A stretch of 64,000 nt of DNA, taken from positions 256,001 to 320,000 of the forward strand of contig OY969622.1 in NCBI GenBank assembly GCA_963701665.1. The letters run 5' to 3'. The stretch comes from Candidatus Babeliales bacterium (GTDB taxonomy: Bacteria > Babelota > Babeliae > Babelales > JANWKD01). Of the stretch, positions 50,536 through 60,748 are shown one piece after another. Under the pieces are notes generated by a model. The model worked only from the letters and a program-made list of their open reading frames with translations. It ran no database searches and was not told the DNA's origin. The position numbers were made by a program, and so were the translations under genes. The number at the start of each line of letters is the position of its first letter. The first letter of the stretch is position 1.

Positions 50536-51312
50536 ATGATAACCAATAAACAGACTATTTTTATTGTTTTCATTCTTAATGGGATGTACCTAGGCGCAAT
50601 GGAAAAATGGGGAGAAGATTCGCGTGAAGAGTCTAAACTAGTAACTCGAAGTTTGGATGAACAATTTGCCCATCTACTTGATTATGAAACGTACGATGAT
50701 TTTGAACCAATAATCAAAGTGAGTAACCCTCTACATAATCCAAAATACAAGGATGCGGGAAAAGCATTAGCACATAAGGATAAATTAACCAAAAAGAAAC
50801 TGCTTGAGAATGCGCTTGATTTTCAAGATCAAAGGTACGCTGATCCCAGAGGATATTGTGAGGTATTAAGGCAAATGAAAGCTGAGGAATTACGCATTTG
50901 GTTGGAGCGTGCCTGTTCTTTTGATACTAAAGCTTTAGAGGATTTTAGGCAGGATACGGCAGTCATATTTGTTGCAAGGGTTGTGGATCAAGTGCGCGGA
51001 CCTGAATACATGCAAAATTTTTTTAAGGATGCAGAAAGCGTCGAAAATAATAAAAAAACAAGTGCATACATTGCTAATGCCGTAGAAAAGTATATCAGCC
51101 AAAATATGGTATGGGCATTCACGAATGCTTTTATTAAGAAGCATAAAACAGACCGGACAGAATTACTAAAGCTTTCAAGCTTAATGTTTCTTGAATATTT
51201 TGTGCACAATGATGGGGAGATTAGCAAGGACATTCCATTGTCTTCGCATCAAAAGGATCTTATTTCAGAAATTCGTGGCTTTTGTGCCGATTCAGAAAAT
51301 GGGATTCCGTGA
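50536..51312 (+). CDS. Paralogue of 48769..50430 lacking the WD40 block (AME)
   Basis: LGA-MEKWG; FQDQRYADPRGYC, LERACS, FVHNDGEISKDIPLSSHQKDLIS shared with the neighbour. Confidence 0.8.
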   Translation: MITNKQTIFIVFILNGMYLGAMEKWGEDSREESKLVTRSLDEQFAHLLDYETYDDFEPIIKVSNPLHNPKYKDAGKALAHKDKLTKKKLLENALDFQDQRYADPRGYCEVLRQMKAEELRIWLERACSFDTKALEDFRQDTAVIFVARVVDQVRGPEYMQNFFKDAESVENNKKTSAYIANAVEKYISQNMVWAFTNAFIKKHKTDRTELLKLSSLMFLEYFVHNDGEISKDIPLSSHQKDLISEIRGFCADSENGIP

Positions 51313-51365
51313 GCAATCAAATTTAATGAGAGTGGAAATAGCGATTTGAGTGCTTTTTATTTTTT

Positions 51366-51397
51366 AAAAAAGGGTAGCAATAAAACTACCCTTTTTT
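51366..51397. terminator. Bidirectional intrinsic terminator
   Basis: AAAAAAGGGTAG-CAATAAAA-CTACCCTTTTTT between convergent genes. Confidence 0.8.
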
Positions 51398-51405
51398 CAT
51401 GCCTA

Positions 51406-51774
51406 TTAATTACGATTTTTAAAATATTTATAGAGAGCATAAGAACCGGCTGATAATGTTATGGCAGATGTTGCAAATCCGGTACCGAATCCCTTAAGGA
51501 AACTGAAATCATTGTCGTATTTTACTTGTCCTAAACAATTATTACGGAAGCTGGGTATTAAAAGAATTGGAAAAAAAGTGCCATAAAATAAACCAGCTTT
51601 GAATTGACTTGGGCGTGAAGGAATTCGCATAGGTGGTTTAGGTCTTTGAGGATCCATGAATTCTGCTCTTTCTGCTTCCGTGAGATTTTTTCCTGAGAGT
51701 GTCGCTGAAGAAGGCATGTGGCAAGCCATGGCGGATAAGCCTATGAGGGCTGCTAAAATGTATCGTTTATTCAT
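51406..51774 (-). CDS. Small exported/membrane protein, possible lipoprotein
   Basis: AAGGA RBS; MNKRYILAALIGLSAMAC; two hydrophobic segments. Confidence 0.6.
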   Translation of the reverse strand: MNKRYILAALIGLSAMACHMPSSATLSGKNLTEAERAEFMDPQRPKPPMRIPSRPSQFKAGLFYGTFFPILLIPSFRNNCLGQVKYDNDFSFLKGFGTGFATSAITLSAGSYALYKYFKNRN

Positions 51775-51812
51775 AGTAATTTAATTCCTTGTTACCGGTA
51801 TAAAACTATATT

Positions 51813-52340
51813 TTATGTTTTTTGGTTTTCTTGCTTTTCAAGAAATTTCTTCAATTTTTCTACCTCAGATACCGGTTCAGTCGAGAACCCAAACTCTTTT
51901 TGTTTTTTAAGTAGCGGATCAATTTTATACTTTACAATATCTTGAGCATATCCTAATGAATCTTTCTTTTTCTCTGCGTCATTTTCTCTGCCAGCATGAT
52001 CATAATAGTGCAGGCCTATTTCAGCAAATCGTTTTTGTATTTCTAATAATTCTTGATACAGTTCTTCTTGCTGTTTTTTCTCGGTTGGCATCTCAGTTTT
52101 TTGTATTCTTGTAAGTTCTAAATTTGCACGTAAATATCGTTGTGTATACGATCTTCGATCAGTTAATGTGTAATCACCTGCAGTTTGAAAAGTAACTTTC
52201 TTTTTTCGACGTGCTGGAAGAAATGTTTTAGTTTCGCTTGCACCAGACTGTTCTTCCATTGCCCATAACGAACTACAAAGTAACATGGATGCAGAGGTAA
52301 AAAATAAAGTATATAAAAAAGAAATGTTTTTAATATTCAT
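51813..52340 (-). CDS. Secreted hypothetical protein (AME) with RVxF-like motif
   Basis: LWA-MEEQ..RRKKKVTF; distant similarity to 48077..48580. Confidence 0.7.
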   Translation of the reverse strand: MNIKNISFLYTLFFTSASMLLCSSLWAMEEQSGASETKTFLPARRKKKVTFQTAGDYTLTDRRSYTQRYLRANLELTRIQKTEMPTEKKQQEELYQELLEIQKRFAEIGLHYYDHAGRENDAEKKKDSLGYAQDIVKYKIDPLLKKQKEFGFSTEPVSEVEKLKKFLEKQENQKT

Positions 52341-52533
52341 ATAAATCCTTTATCTATTAATAATATTACTATTAGTATAAAACATATTAATTTTATGTCA
52401 ATGGCAGGGTTTATGATTTTTAAAGCTTTTTCATTACTATCTCCTGCTATACCTGCAATCTCTTGACCCTTGTTTGATCCTTGTGGGTAAAATTAGGGGG
52501 AAAATCTAAGTTTTATAGAGAAGGGAAGAAAAA

Positions 52534-52872
52534 ATGGTGCAAGCAATTATTAGTAAAGGCAGTGGCATATTAATCGAACTTCTCAATAGCATTGGTATTA
52601 TAATCATCGCCATTGGTGCCTTTTGGGCATGCGTGTGTTACTTTCTAGTGCTTTTAAGACAAGTTTCTTTATACAACAACGATCGCATTCGCCTTGAACT
52701 AGGAAAAAATATCATTTTGGCCGTTGAATTTATGTTGGCAGCTGACATTGTTAAAACAATTTTGGCTCCAAATTTTTATGATATCGGTATGTTGGGAGCC
52801 CTAGTGCTAATTCGTACCGTGTTGACCTATTTTTTGAATATAGAATTGGTTCAGCTTCAGGAAAGAAAATAA
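52534..52872 (+). CDS. DUF1622-family membrane protein
   Basis: RLELGKNIILAVEFMLAADIVKTI..LGALVLIRTVLTYFL..E. Confidence 0.85.
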   Translation: MVQAIISKGSGILIELLNSIGIIIIAIGAFWACVCYFLVLLRQVSLYNNDRIRLELGKNIILAVEFMLAADIVKTILAPNFYDIGMLGALVLIRTVLTYFLNIELVQLQERK

Positions 52873-52880
52873 AAAATTAG

Positions 52881-54842
52881 CTATTTTTGCTTTTTCAATG
52901 CAAACCACTCTTCTCTGAGTGCAATTGCCGTTTCAAAATCGAATGCTTCAGCCGCTTTGAGCATTTGATCTTCAAGTTCTTGAATACGATCGTTCATCGA
53001 GGTTAATTCAGGTTGTTCTTTTTTAGTCGAGCGTTTCTTTGAAGCGAGTGCAATGGCTGCTTGGAAATTAGAAATTGTTTTAGTAACTTCACGCTTAACG
53101 CTCGTTGGATTGATGCCGTGTTCTTTGTTATGTGCTTCTTGCATCGTGCGTCGGCGATGTGTTTCATCCATTGCGGCTTTGAGTGATTGCGTGATTTTAT
53201 CACAATATAAAATAACGCGTGAGTGTGCGTTACGCGCCGCGCGTCCAATAATCTGAATGAGCGAGCGTTTGTCACGTAAAAAGCTTTCAACATCAGCGTC
53301 CATAATAGCAACGAGTGCAACCTCAGGAAGGTCGATACCCTCGCGCAACAAGTTAACCCCAACGAGGCAATCAAAAACACCCGCTCGGAGTTTGTGCAAT
53401 AATTCGCTGCGTTGCGGCGTCTTTATTTCACTGTGCAGATAACAAACTTTTATTTTTTTCTCTTCTAAATAATGAGCGAGCTCTTCGGCTAATTTTTTGG
53501 TAAGCACCATCACCAGCGAACGATACCCTTTTTCTTTTGTCTCACGTATTTGTTCTATAAGATGCTGCATTTGATTATCACGCGGATGTGTTTCAAGAAC
53601 AGGATCAAGTAATCCTGTAGGCCGAATTATTTGTTCAACAATGCGCCCCGATTTTTCAAGTTCATAATCGCCAGGCGTTGCCGAAACGAAAATCGTATTT
53701 TTGAAATATTCTTCAATTTCGTGAAATTGTAAGGGACGATTATCATAGGCCGAAGGTAAGCGGAAGCCAAAATCAATTAATGCTTTTTTTCGTGCACGAT
53801 CACCCGCATACATGCCACGCAATTGAGGAATTGCGATGTGTGATTCATCAATAATGAGTAAAAAATCTTTTTCAAAGAACTCAAATAAACTTGGCGGTCT
53901 TTGTCCGGGTAAGCGGCCATCAAAGTGACGTGAATAATTTTCAATACCCGAGCAATAGCCAACTTCTTGTAACATTTCTAGATCGTGGTTTACGCGTTGC
54001 TTAATGCGTTCTTGATAAATCGGGTTTGGTAATTGTGGCGCCCATGCTTCAAGCTCATTGGCAATGCTTGTCATGGCGATATCTTTTTTTTCTTGCGTGG
54101 TAACGAAATGTTTTGCAGGAAAAATGAGGGTGTTATCAAGATCCATGAGGACGTTATTATTCAACTTATCAAGCCATTGCAAACGCTCGATGGTATCGCC
54201 AAATAGTTCAATACGTAATTTTTCTTTTTGATAGGGTAAGTTGATTTCGATCGTATTACCAAGCACGGCAAAGGTGCCCGAGGCTTTTTCAACATCGTTC
54301 CGTTTATATTGAATAAAAATTAAATGATTAATAAGATCCACGCGTTTGATTTTCTGACCTACTTTCAGTGGGAAGGCCAAATTACGATAATCATTAGGGT
54401 TTCCGAGTGAGTAGATACATGAAACCGAGGCGATAACTATAGTATCATGGCGATTAACAAGCGATGCAGTGGATTCAACACGCAAACGCTCAATTTCGCT
54501 ATTTACCTTGGTCTCTTTAGGGATATAAATATCTTGCGCGGGCATATACGATTCAGGCTGATAATAATCATAATAGCTGACAAAATAACAGACCTTATTT
54601 TCTGGAAAAAACAGCGAAAACTCTTCGTATAATTGTGCCGCGAGCGTTTTATTGGGCGCCAAAATAAGCACCGGTTTATCCTGGTTAGCAATAACATTGG
54701 CCATGGTAAAGGTCTTACCTGAACCAGTCACGCCGATGAGCGTAGAAATGGCAGGTCGACCCTCGGTCAACTTTTTTATGGCATCCGGTTGGCTGCCTGC
54801 GGGAATGAAGGGTGAATGTAGCTTGAATAGCTTCTTTTTCAT
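52881..54842 (-). CDS. uvrB: Excinuclease ABC subunit B
   Basis: GVTGSGKTFT, PNKTLAAQLY, YFVSYYDYYQPE, DESH, GFRLPSAYDNRPL, NLLREGIDLPEV, IGRAARN. Confidence 0.98.
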   Translation of the reverse strand: MKKKLFKLHSPFIPAGSQPDAIKKLTEGRPAISTLIGVTGSGKTFTMANVIANQDKPVLILAPNKTLAAQLYEEFSLFFPENKVCYFVSYYDYYQPESYMPAQDIYIPKETKVNSEIERLRVESTASLVNRHDTIVIASVSCIYSLGNPNDYRNLAFPLKVGQKIKRVDLINHLIFIQYKRNDVEKASGTFAVLGNTIEINLPYQKEKLRIELFGDTIERLQWLDKLNNNVLMDLDNTLIFPAKHFVTTQEKKDIAMTSIANELEAWAPQLPNPIYQERIKQRVNHDLEMLQEVGYCSGIENYSRHFDGRLPGQRPPSLFEFFEKDFLLIIDESHIAIPQLRGMYAGDRARKKALIDFGFRLPSAYDNRPLQFHEIEEYFKNTIFVSATPGDYELEKSGRIVEQIIRPTGLLDPVLETHPRDNQMQHLIEQIRETKEKGYRSLVMVLTKKLAEELAHYLEEKKIKVCYLHSEIKTPQRSELLHKLRAGVFDCLVGVNLLREGIDLPEVALVAIMDADVESFLRDKRSLIQIIGRAARNAHSRVILYCDKITQSLKAAMDETHRRRTMQEAHNKEHGINPTSVKREVTKTISNFQAAIALASKKRSTKKEQPELTSMNDRIQELEDQMLKAAEAFDFETAIALREEWFALKKQK

Positions 54843-54963
54843 ACATATAGGATATCATTTTTTTTTCATTTTGAAAATATTCAAACTGATAATAGTATTG
54901 ATTTATAAAAATATAAAATCCTATCCTTGAGGTGTCTGTTTTTTTAATAAAGGAGGAGTGTAC

Positions 54964-55683
54964 ATGAAAAAAGGTATACTTTTAATACTTATTCTGCTTT
55001 TTGGGGCTTGCCCACTGCTTGATGCTCGAGGCGGCGGAGGTGGCCACGGTGGTGGAGGTCATGGTGGTGGCGGAGGTCATCGCGGCGGCGGTGGTCGTGG
55101 CAGAGCTATGCATCGTGGTGGAGGCGCGCGTCGTGGCGGGGGAGCTGGCCGTGGGGCAGCTGCTCGCCGTGGAAGAGCGGGTTCTAGATCGGCTAGCCGT
55201 TCAGCTAGTCGTTCAACAAGACGCAGTTCAGCAGCGAGTCGTCGTGGAGGACGTGGTGGTAGAGGAGGAGCTCATCGCAACAGTAGGCATAATAATGGCC
55301 GTGGCCGTGGCGCCTTTGCTGGCGGCGGTTGGGGCGGATGGGGCTGGGGTTGGGGCTTCTGGGGCCTCTGGGCCGGCATAGGCATCCTATCAGCTTTAGC
55401 AATTGCTGATTATTATGGTGGTTACTACCCTTACTATGGTTATGGCACCGGATTTGATGAAGAGTTAGTTCCGTTAGAAGAATCAGGTGATTGGCAAACA
55501 ATTTCCGATAAATTAATGGATCGCCTTGATGATCTTGAAGATCAATTAGAAACTGGACAGGCTAATAATTCATTAAATGCACAACAAATCCAAGCTTTAC
55601 AACAACAAATTCAAAGAATTCAAATTCACTTGGATGGTATTCCTCAGGCTGGCGGAGGTGCTCAAGCTGCTCCGGCTGCATAA
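54964..55683 (+). CDS. Secreted Gly/Arg-rich (RGG) low-complexity protein
   Basis: AGGAGG RBS; signal peptide; RGG/HGGGG tract, GWGGWGWGWG, TM segment, Q-rich coil. Confidence 0.7.
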   Translation: MKKGILLILILLFGACPLLDARGGGGGHGGGGHGGGGGHRGGGGRGRAMHRGGGARRGGGAGRGAAARRGRAGSRSASRSASRSTRRSSAASRRGGRGGRGGAHRNSRHNNGRGRGAFAGGGWGGWGWGWGFWGLWAGIGILSALAIADYYGGYYPYYGYGTGFDEELVPLEESGDWQTISDKLMDRLDDLEDQLETGQANNSLNAQQIQALQQQIQRIQIHLDGIPQAGGGAQAAPAA

Positions 55684-55696
55684 CATTGTAAACAAA

Positions 55697-55722
55697 CGAG
55701 GGCGAAATTTCTTTCGCCCTCG
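55697..55722. terminator. Hairpin between convergent genes
   Basis: CGAGGGCGAAA-TTTC-TTTCGCCCTCG. Confidence 0.7.
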
Positions 55723-55755
55723 GCTTTATTATGACATTATCACAATCATAATTTT

Positions 55756-57699
55756 TTATTCTTTAGATTTCTTTTCAAATTTTTTTATTAACTCTTTACG
55801 TCCCTGATCTATTTGACTGTAGCGAGCATGTATAAATTCTTGATAAGCCTTGAATACTGCCCATGTGTTAAACTCTCCAATAGGTTTATCATATAATTTT
55901 TTAAACATTTCTTTACCCAAAATAGTTGCTTGATCTGATCGATCGGCTGTTTTTTCGTAACCCGGTGAAAAAATAGGATTGCGCATGGTAATGATTAAAT
56001 CATGATCACCTGTTGCAACACTAAGATCATGAGCATGAGGGTAAAGGCTAGAAACCATAGGAATTAAATGCGGTAGTGCTCTGGCCGCATGCCATTTAAT
56101 ATCGACGTGAGTACATAAATTTCCTTCGTGTTCGAAATGACAATTCACCACTCTTTTGTTGTTATTTATTCGTAAAGGTAAGCGCCTTTCAGCAATGCCT
56201 ATGGGGTTGAATATCCAACGCGTCATTAATGCCCAGGGATTGAGTAGCCAACTTGTCATTTGCATTGATCCAGCGGCTTGCGTGACATCCCCCCTTGAAA
56301 AGCATTGGATAATTAATTTGCTATTAAAACACTCTTCATCTGGTGTTGGCTCTAATACTCTTGCTTTTTTATCAACCGCATCGAAATTTGTTGCTTCACC
56401 TAAAGGAGTTCCAGCCATGACAGCCCAATCTAATGTTTTATTATGAGGTCTAAGTAGTTCGGCAAATTGCAACAGAACATCACCGCCGAAACTGTGGCTG
56501 AAAGCAGTTATTTGTTTTGCGTTCATGCAATCATCATCGGTGACGAAATAATGCTTCAAGATTGAAGCAGCTTCTTTTCGACTTGGTGCATTTAATTCTC
56601 CTGACCAGTTAAAGGATATTACCTTAACGGCACAATTATTTTCATGTGCAAGAATTTTTGCATCATTAATTAAGTCTTTCGTTAATTGTGTATCATTATT
56701 TTTTCCAAATTCAGTGTAATCAACAAAAGTGCCATGAAAGAGAAAAAATACAATAACACCATTTTCCTTTTTTTCTGCATTAATTACCTTTGATTTCCAC
56801 GCATATTCTTGAAATTTAGGTGCTAACTTATCATCCATGATTATCCAGTTATCATCGATGTCAGAAAGATCAATTGATTGAGTATGCCGCATGACTTCTC
56901 TTTGCAGGTCACTAAAATAATGTGGTAACGTTGCGCCAACTGATACTCCTGCCAAAATGCTTTGTAATTCTTCATGATGAATATGTGATGAGAGAAATTT
57001 TCCAAAGGGGGCAGTTTGTAGCTCTTCGAGTTTTTCTTTTGACCATAACGGCATATCGAACGATTTTGGGATATCTACAAAACCATCGTTTTCATTTTCA
57101 ATGACCATTTCATCTTCAGCAACTTTTTCTTTTCCTTTATCGAGGAAGAGTTCATTGTGCACGGGTAAAGATTGCTCCGGCACTTGATGAACGTTAGGCT
57201 TCGGCTCAATACTTTCAGGATGATAAACAATTTTTGAGAAATCGGTGGATTTTAAGCTTTGCCGATATTTTTCAGCTAGATTTTTTAATTTTGGCTCGAA
57301 TGCATGTACAGCCTCTTCTAAGACAGTTTTTTCCGAGATGTATTCAATGTTCGATGTGGGCAGTTTCGGACCGGTCAGCGGTGTTTTACTAATGAATTGC
57401 TCATAGAAATCCGGTTTATTTTTTTGTATAGATGTTATTACCGCTCTAGTTCGCACCGTTATTTCATCAAAATCTTGCTTGTTTAATGAAGATGCTGCGA
57501 CTGCTAATGAATTTCTTGGGCTTTTTGATGTTATCGTTGCCGATACGGTTGGTATCGTGCTCAATAGAGAAATAACAAATACTATGAAATATTTTTTCAG
57601 GATATGGTCGGATAAACTTATCATTTTTATTCTCGCATACCAATGTGAAATTAGGAATAATTTGCTTATAATACTAGCATTTTTATGTGTTAAATACAA
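55756..57699 (-). CDS. Secreted protein with C-terminal alpha/beta hydrolase (lipase-like) domain
   Basis: LFHGTF, FNWSG, FSHSFGG, AGTP; true start probably downstream of 57699. Confidence 0.7.
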   Translation of the reverse strand: MYLTHKNASIISKLFLISHWYARIKMISLSDHILKKYFIVFVISLLSTIPTVSATITSKSPRNSLAVAASSLNKQDFDEITVRTRAVITSIQKNKPDFYEQFISKTPLTGPKLPTSNIEYISEKTVLEEAVHAFEPKLKNLAEKYRQSLKSTDFSKIVYHPESIEPKPNVHQVPEQSLPVHNELFLDKGKEKVAEDEMVIENENDGFVDIPKSFDMPLWSKEKLEELQTAPFGKFLSSHIHHEELQSILAGVSVGATLPHYFSDLQREVMRHTQSIDLSDIDDNWIIMDDKLAPKFQEYAWKSKVINAEKKENGVIVFFLFHGTFVDYTEFGKNNDTQLTKDLINDAKILAHENNCAVKVISFNWSGELNAPSRKEAASILKHYFVTDDDCMNAKQITAFSHSFGGDVLLQFAELLRPHNKTLDWAVMAGTPLGEATNFDAVDKKARVLEPTPDEECFNSKLIIQCFSRGDVTQAAGSMQMTSWLLNPWALMTRWIFNPIGIAERRLPLRINNNKRVVNCHFEHEGNLCTHVDIKWHAARALPHLIPMVSSLYPHAHDLSVATGDHDLIITMRNPIFSPGYEKTADRSDQATILGKEMFKKLYDKPIGEFNTWAVFKAYQEFIHARYSQIDQGRKELIKKFEKKSKE

Positions 57700-57717
57700 A
57701 TAGTTAAGCTAAAATCC

Positions 57718-58878
57718 TTATGGTTTATTTTTTTGATCGAGTATGCCTTGATAAAATGTTAGGAGCTGCTCCAGGATCTTCTTTGTGGTATAGGTTTGCG
57801 ATGTCTGAAAAGCATGATGTTGCAGGAGAGAAATCGCATGCCTGTTATTGGTGAGATATTCTAGTTGCTTTACCATTTCCTGAGACGAATAAATCAAAAA
57901 CCCATTTTTTCCTTGTTCAATGATATCCCTTTGCCCTGGCCCATGAAGGGCAATAACAGGTGTTCCTTGCGACATTGCTTCTGCGAGCACTAACCCTTGC
58001 GTTTCACTTTGTGACGCAAAAATAAAAAGATCGGCATCAGCGTACGCTTTCTTTAATGTTTCAGGCGAGGGTTTTTCTATAAATGCGAGCGTTTCACGCG
58101 GGATTTTTTTCTGAACGTACGCATACTCTTGCAAATACGCGCGTTCTGGTCCATACCCGATTAATTGTACAGAATACTTTTTGGGATCTAATTGTGCGAT
58201 GACATCAAGTAAAAAAGGAATATTTTTTTCTTTTACAAAACGGCTTACGCTTAGCAGATGCACTTTGTCTTTGGTTGGTTTTGGCAATGTAAGTGGCGCT
58301 GAAAAATAATGATCGCCAAGCCCAGTTGGGATTTGTGCCTTAGGTTTTATAATTTCAAATTCTTTTAACCGATCTTCAATGATGCTGCTTGGCGCTATGA
58401 TGCCATCAACGCTCGTGCAAAAATTTTTAACAACTCTTTGCACCCACGGTTTTGAAAGCCAAGAAGGTATCCACGGAATATAATGAAGATATTGTTCATA
58501 GAGCGAGTGATAGGTAAATACAACGGGGATGCCATGCTGGTGTGCCGCAGCGCGTGCAGCAGGGCCTAATAAAAAAGGATGATGCACGTGCACAAGCGAG
58601 GGATTTTTTTCCTTAATGATGGTGGCTAGTTGTGCACGCGCGCGCCAAGGAAATGCCATTTGATTCGAGTGCATTGTCCAGCGTATGGGGCAATACAAAC
58701 GCACGACATCAAATTCTTCAGTCGCGGGTTTATTCAAAAAATCGAGGGTGACAATGGTTACCGTGTGCCCGTACGCTTGCAACGCTTTGGCAAAAAAGCG
58801 CAAAGAGCTTACAACGCCGCCTGAATACGGGGTGAAATTATTCGTGACAAAAAGTAATGATAAACGTTGTTGTTGCAT
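57718..58878 (-). CDS. GT4-family glycosyltransferase
   Basis: PYSGGV, HVHHPFLLG, FTYHSLY, VSRFVKEKN, SETQGLVLAEAM. Confidence 0.92.
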   Translation of the reverse strand: MQQQRLSLLFVTNNFTPYSGGVVSSLRFFAKALQAYGHTVTIVTLDFLNKPATEEFDVVRLYCPIRWTMHSNQMAFPWRARAQLATIIKEKNPSLVHVHHPFLLGPAARAAAHQHGIPVVFTYHSLYEQYLHYIPWIPSWLSKPWVQRVVKNFCTSVDGIIAPSSIIEDRLKEFEIIKPKAQIPTGLGDHYFSAPLTLPKPTKDKVHLLSVSRFVKEKNIPFLLDVIAQLDPKKYSVQLIGYGPERAYLQEYAYVQKKIPRETLAFIEKPSPETLKKAYADADLFIFASQSETQGLVLAEAMSQGTPVIALHGPGQRDIIEQGKNGFLIYSSQEMVKQLEYLTNNRHAISLLQHHAFQTSQTYTTKKILEQLLTFYQGILDQKNKP

Positions 58879-58887
58879 CGAGGTTAA

Positions 58888-59541
58888 TTAAGGAAATTTA
58901 GGGGTTCCGAGTTTATTCCAGTCAGCGTTAAATTTTTCCATGCCTTCTTTAGTCAAAATATGTTGTGATGATTTTGCAAGAACTGCTGTTGGTACTGTTG
59001 CAACATCAGCACCTGCAAGAATCGCTTCATGCAGATGGCGTATTGAGCGAATGGACGCAGCGAGTATTTGTGTGGAGAAGGAATACTGATCAACCATGGA
59101 ACGTAATTCAAAAAGTATATCGACTCCTTCAACATCAATGTCATCCCAACGACCGATAAAAGGTGAAATATATTTTACTCCTAATTTACACATAAATAAT
59201 GATTGGACAAGAGTAAACACAAGTGTGACATTGATTTTTATGCCTTCACGCACGAGTTGTGCAATGATGGGATAATAGGGTTGATAGCACGGAATTTTCA
59301 CCACAATATTTGGTGCGAGCTTGGCAATGGCGCGTGCTTGATCCGCGACTGCTTTTGGTTCTGTGAGTGTTACTTCAACACTAATATCTTTGTCGGGCAA
59401 TAAAGAACAAATTTCAAGAACCTGTTTTTTGGGATCTTTATTTTCGTGCGCCAAATGAGAAGGGTTTGTGGTTACCCCATCAATGAGATATGCCCAAGCG
59501 CGAATATCTTCAAGATTTGCGGTATCTAAAAACAATTTCAT
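58888..59541 (-). CDS. tal: Transaldolase / fructose-6-phosphate aldolase family
   Basis: LFLDTAN, GVTTNPS, VVKIP, INVTLVF, YISPFIGR, LAASIR. Confidence 0.9.
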   Translation of the reverse strand: MKLFLDTANLEDIRAWAYLIDGVTTNPSHLAHENKDPKKQVLEICSLLPDKDISVEVTLTEPKAVADQARAIAKLAPNIVVKIPCYQPYYPIIAQLVREGIKINVTLVFTLVQSLFMCKLGVKYISPFIGRWDDIDVEGVDILFELRSMVDQYSFSTQILAASIRSIRHLHEAILAGADVATVPTAVLAKSSQHILTKEGMEKFNADWNKLGTPKFP

Positions 59542-59623
59542 AATGATTAACTCCTTTTAAAATAAAATTATTTACTTTTCTTCACGATATTTGCAAAATG
59601 AAGTCAAAAACAAGAAGTAATTA

Positions 59624-60691
59624 ATGATACCAAAAATAATCAATCAACCTAAAACATCTTCATGGCAATCTTACTGTGCCGATGATACCTTGTGTCGCCA
59701 ACCTTCACAAGTGTTATCTTCATTGTATGGCACTTTCGTTATAACAGAATCGGTTTTACTCGACTTATTTTCTTGCCCGAGCGTGCTTCGTTTGCAACAT
59801 ATTAATCAGTATGGCGCAGATTTCTTTGTTGGCAGTAAAAAACGTTTTTCTCGATACGATCATTCAATGGGCGTTTTATGTTTGCTGAGAATGGTAAATG
59901 CCCCATTGCTTGAGCAAATTGCCGGTTTACTGCACGATGTTTCACATACGGTTTTTTCCCATACGGGCGATGTTGTGTTTGATCACGTTTCCTCGATAGG
60001 TTCATATCAAGATGATATTCATGAATGGTTTTTGCAACAAACGGAAATTCCGGAGATTCTAGCCAAATACAATATAGATACGCAGGATATTTTACACAAA
60101 AACCCCGCTTTTAAAGCACTCGAACAAGATTTGCCTGAACTGTGTGCCGATCGTTTAGATTACAACATGTTTGGCGCGGTTCTTGATTTTTTATTAATGC
60201 CACAAGAAATTACGCACATAATTAGTCATCTCAATTTTGCCGATGGGCGGTGGTTTTTTACCGATCATCATAGTGCAAAAAAAATTGCTTACATACCTTT
60301 ACATCTAACAGAATTTCATTTTTCTTCAGCGCGCGACTCGCTCTTGAATCGTTACATGGGCGAAATGTTAAAATACGCACTCGCTCTTGGATTGCTCTCG
60401 CATGAGGATATTCATTTTTCCTCTGATGCCATTGTGTGGAATATTTTGAAATGTTCGCATGATATCACTATTAGGAGATTTATCGATCGCTTGGAGCATC
60501 TGCCTCCCGTGACTCTCGGCGATGAAACGCATCATGATATTTGGATGCCTGCAAAAAGTCGCGGCATTGATCCATGGATTTTAATCAATGATGAGTTGGT
60601 GCGTCTTTCAGCGATCGATGAAGAGTTCAATAAGGAATATAGCCGCGTGAAAAAAATTATGGAACGTGGGTGGTATATTAAGTTTTTTTAA
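59624..60691 (+). CDS. HD-domain phosphohydrolase
   Basis: RLQHINQYG, SRYDHSMGV, GLLHDVSHTVFSH, ADRLDY. Confidence 0.88.
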   Translation: MIPKIINQPKTSSWQSYCADDTLCRQPSQVLSSLYGTFVITESVLLDLFSCPSVLRLQHINQYGADFFVGSKKRFSRYDHSMGVLCLLRMVNAPLLEQIAGLLHDVSHTVFSHTGDVVFDHVSSIGSYQDDIHEWFLQQTEIPEILAKYNIDTQDILHKNPAFKALEQDLPELCADRLDYNMFGAVLDFLLMPQEITHIISHLNFADGRWFFTDHHSAKKIAYIPLHLTEFHFSSARDSLLNRYMGEMLKYALALGLLSHEDIHFSSDAIVWNILKCSHDITIRRFIDRLEHLPPVTLGDETHHDIWMPAKSRGIDPWILINDELVRLSAIDEEFNKEYSRVKKIMERGWYIKFF

Positions 60692-60748
60692 GATCTATCG
60701 GAAAGTCCCAAAATTCTAATAAAGACACGAAAATAATAAACACCACAG

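Noticed and set aside
55001..55381. V/A/E-rich alternate-frame ORF
   Set aside because: Frame-shifted reading of the Gly/Arg-codon tract of 54964..55683.
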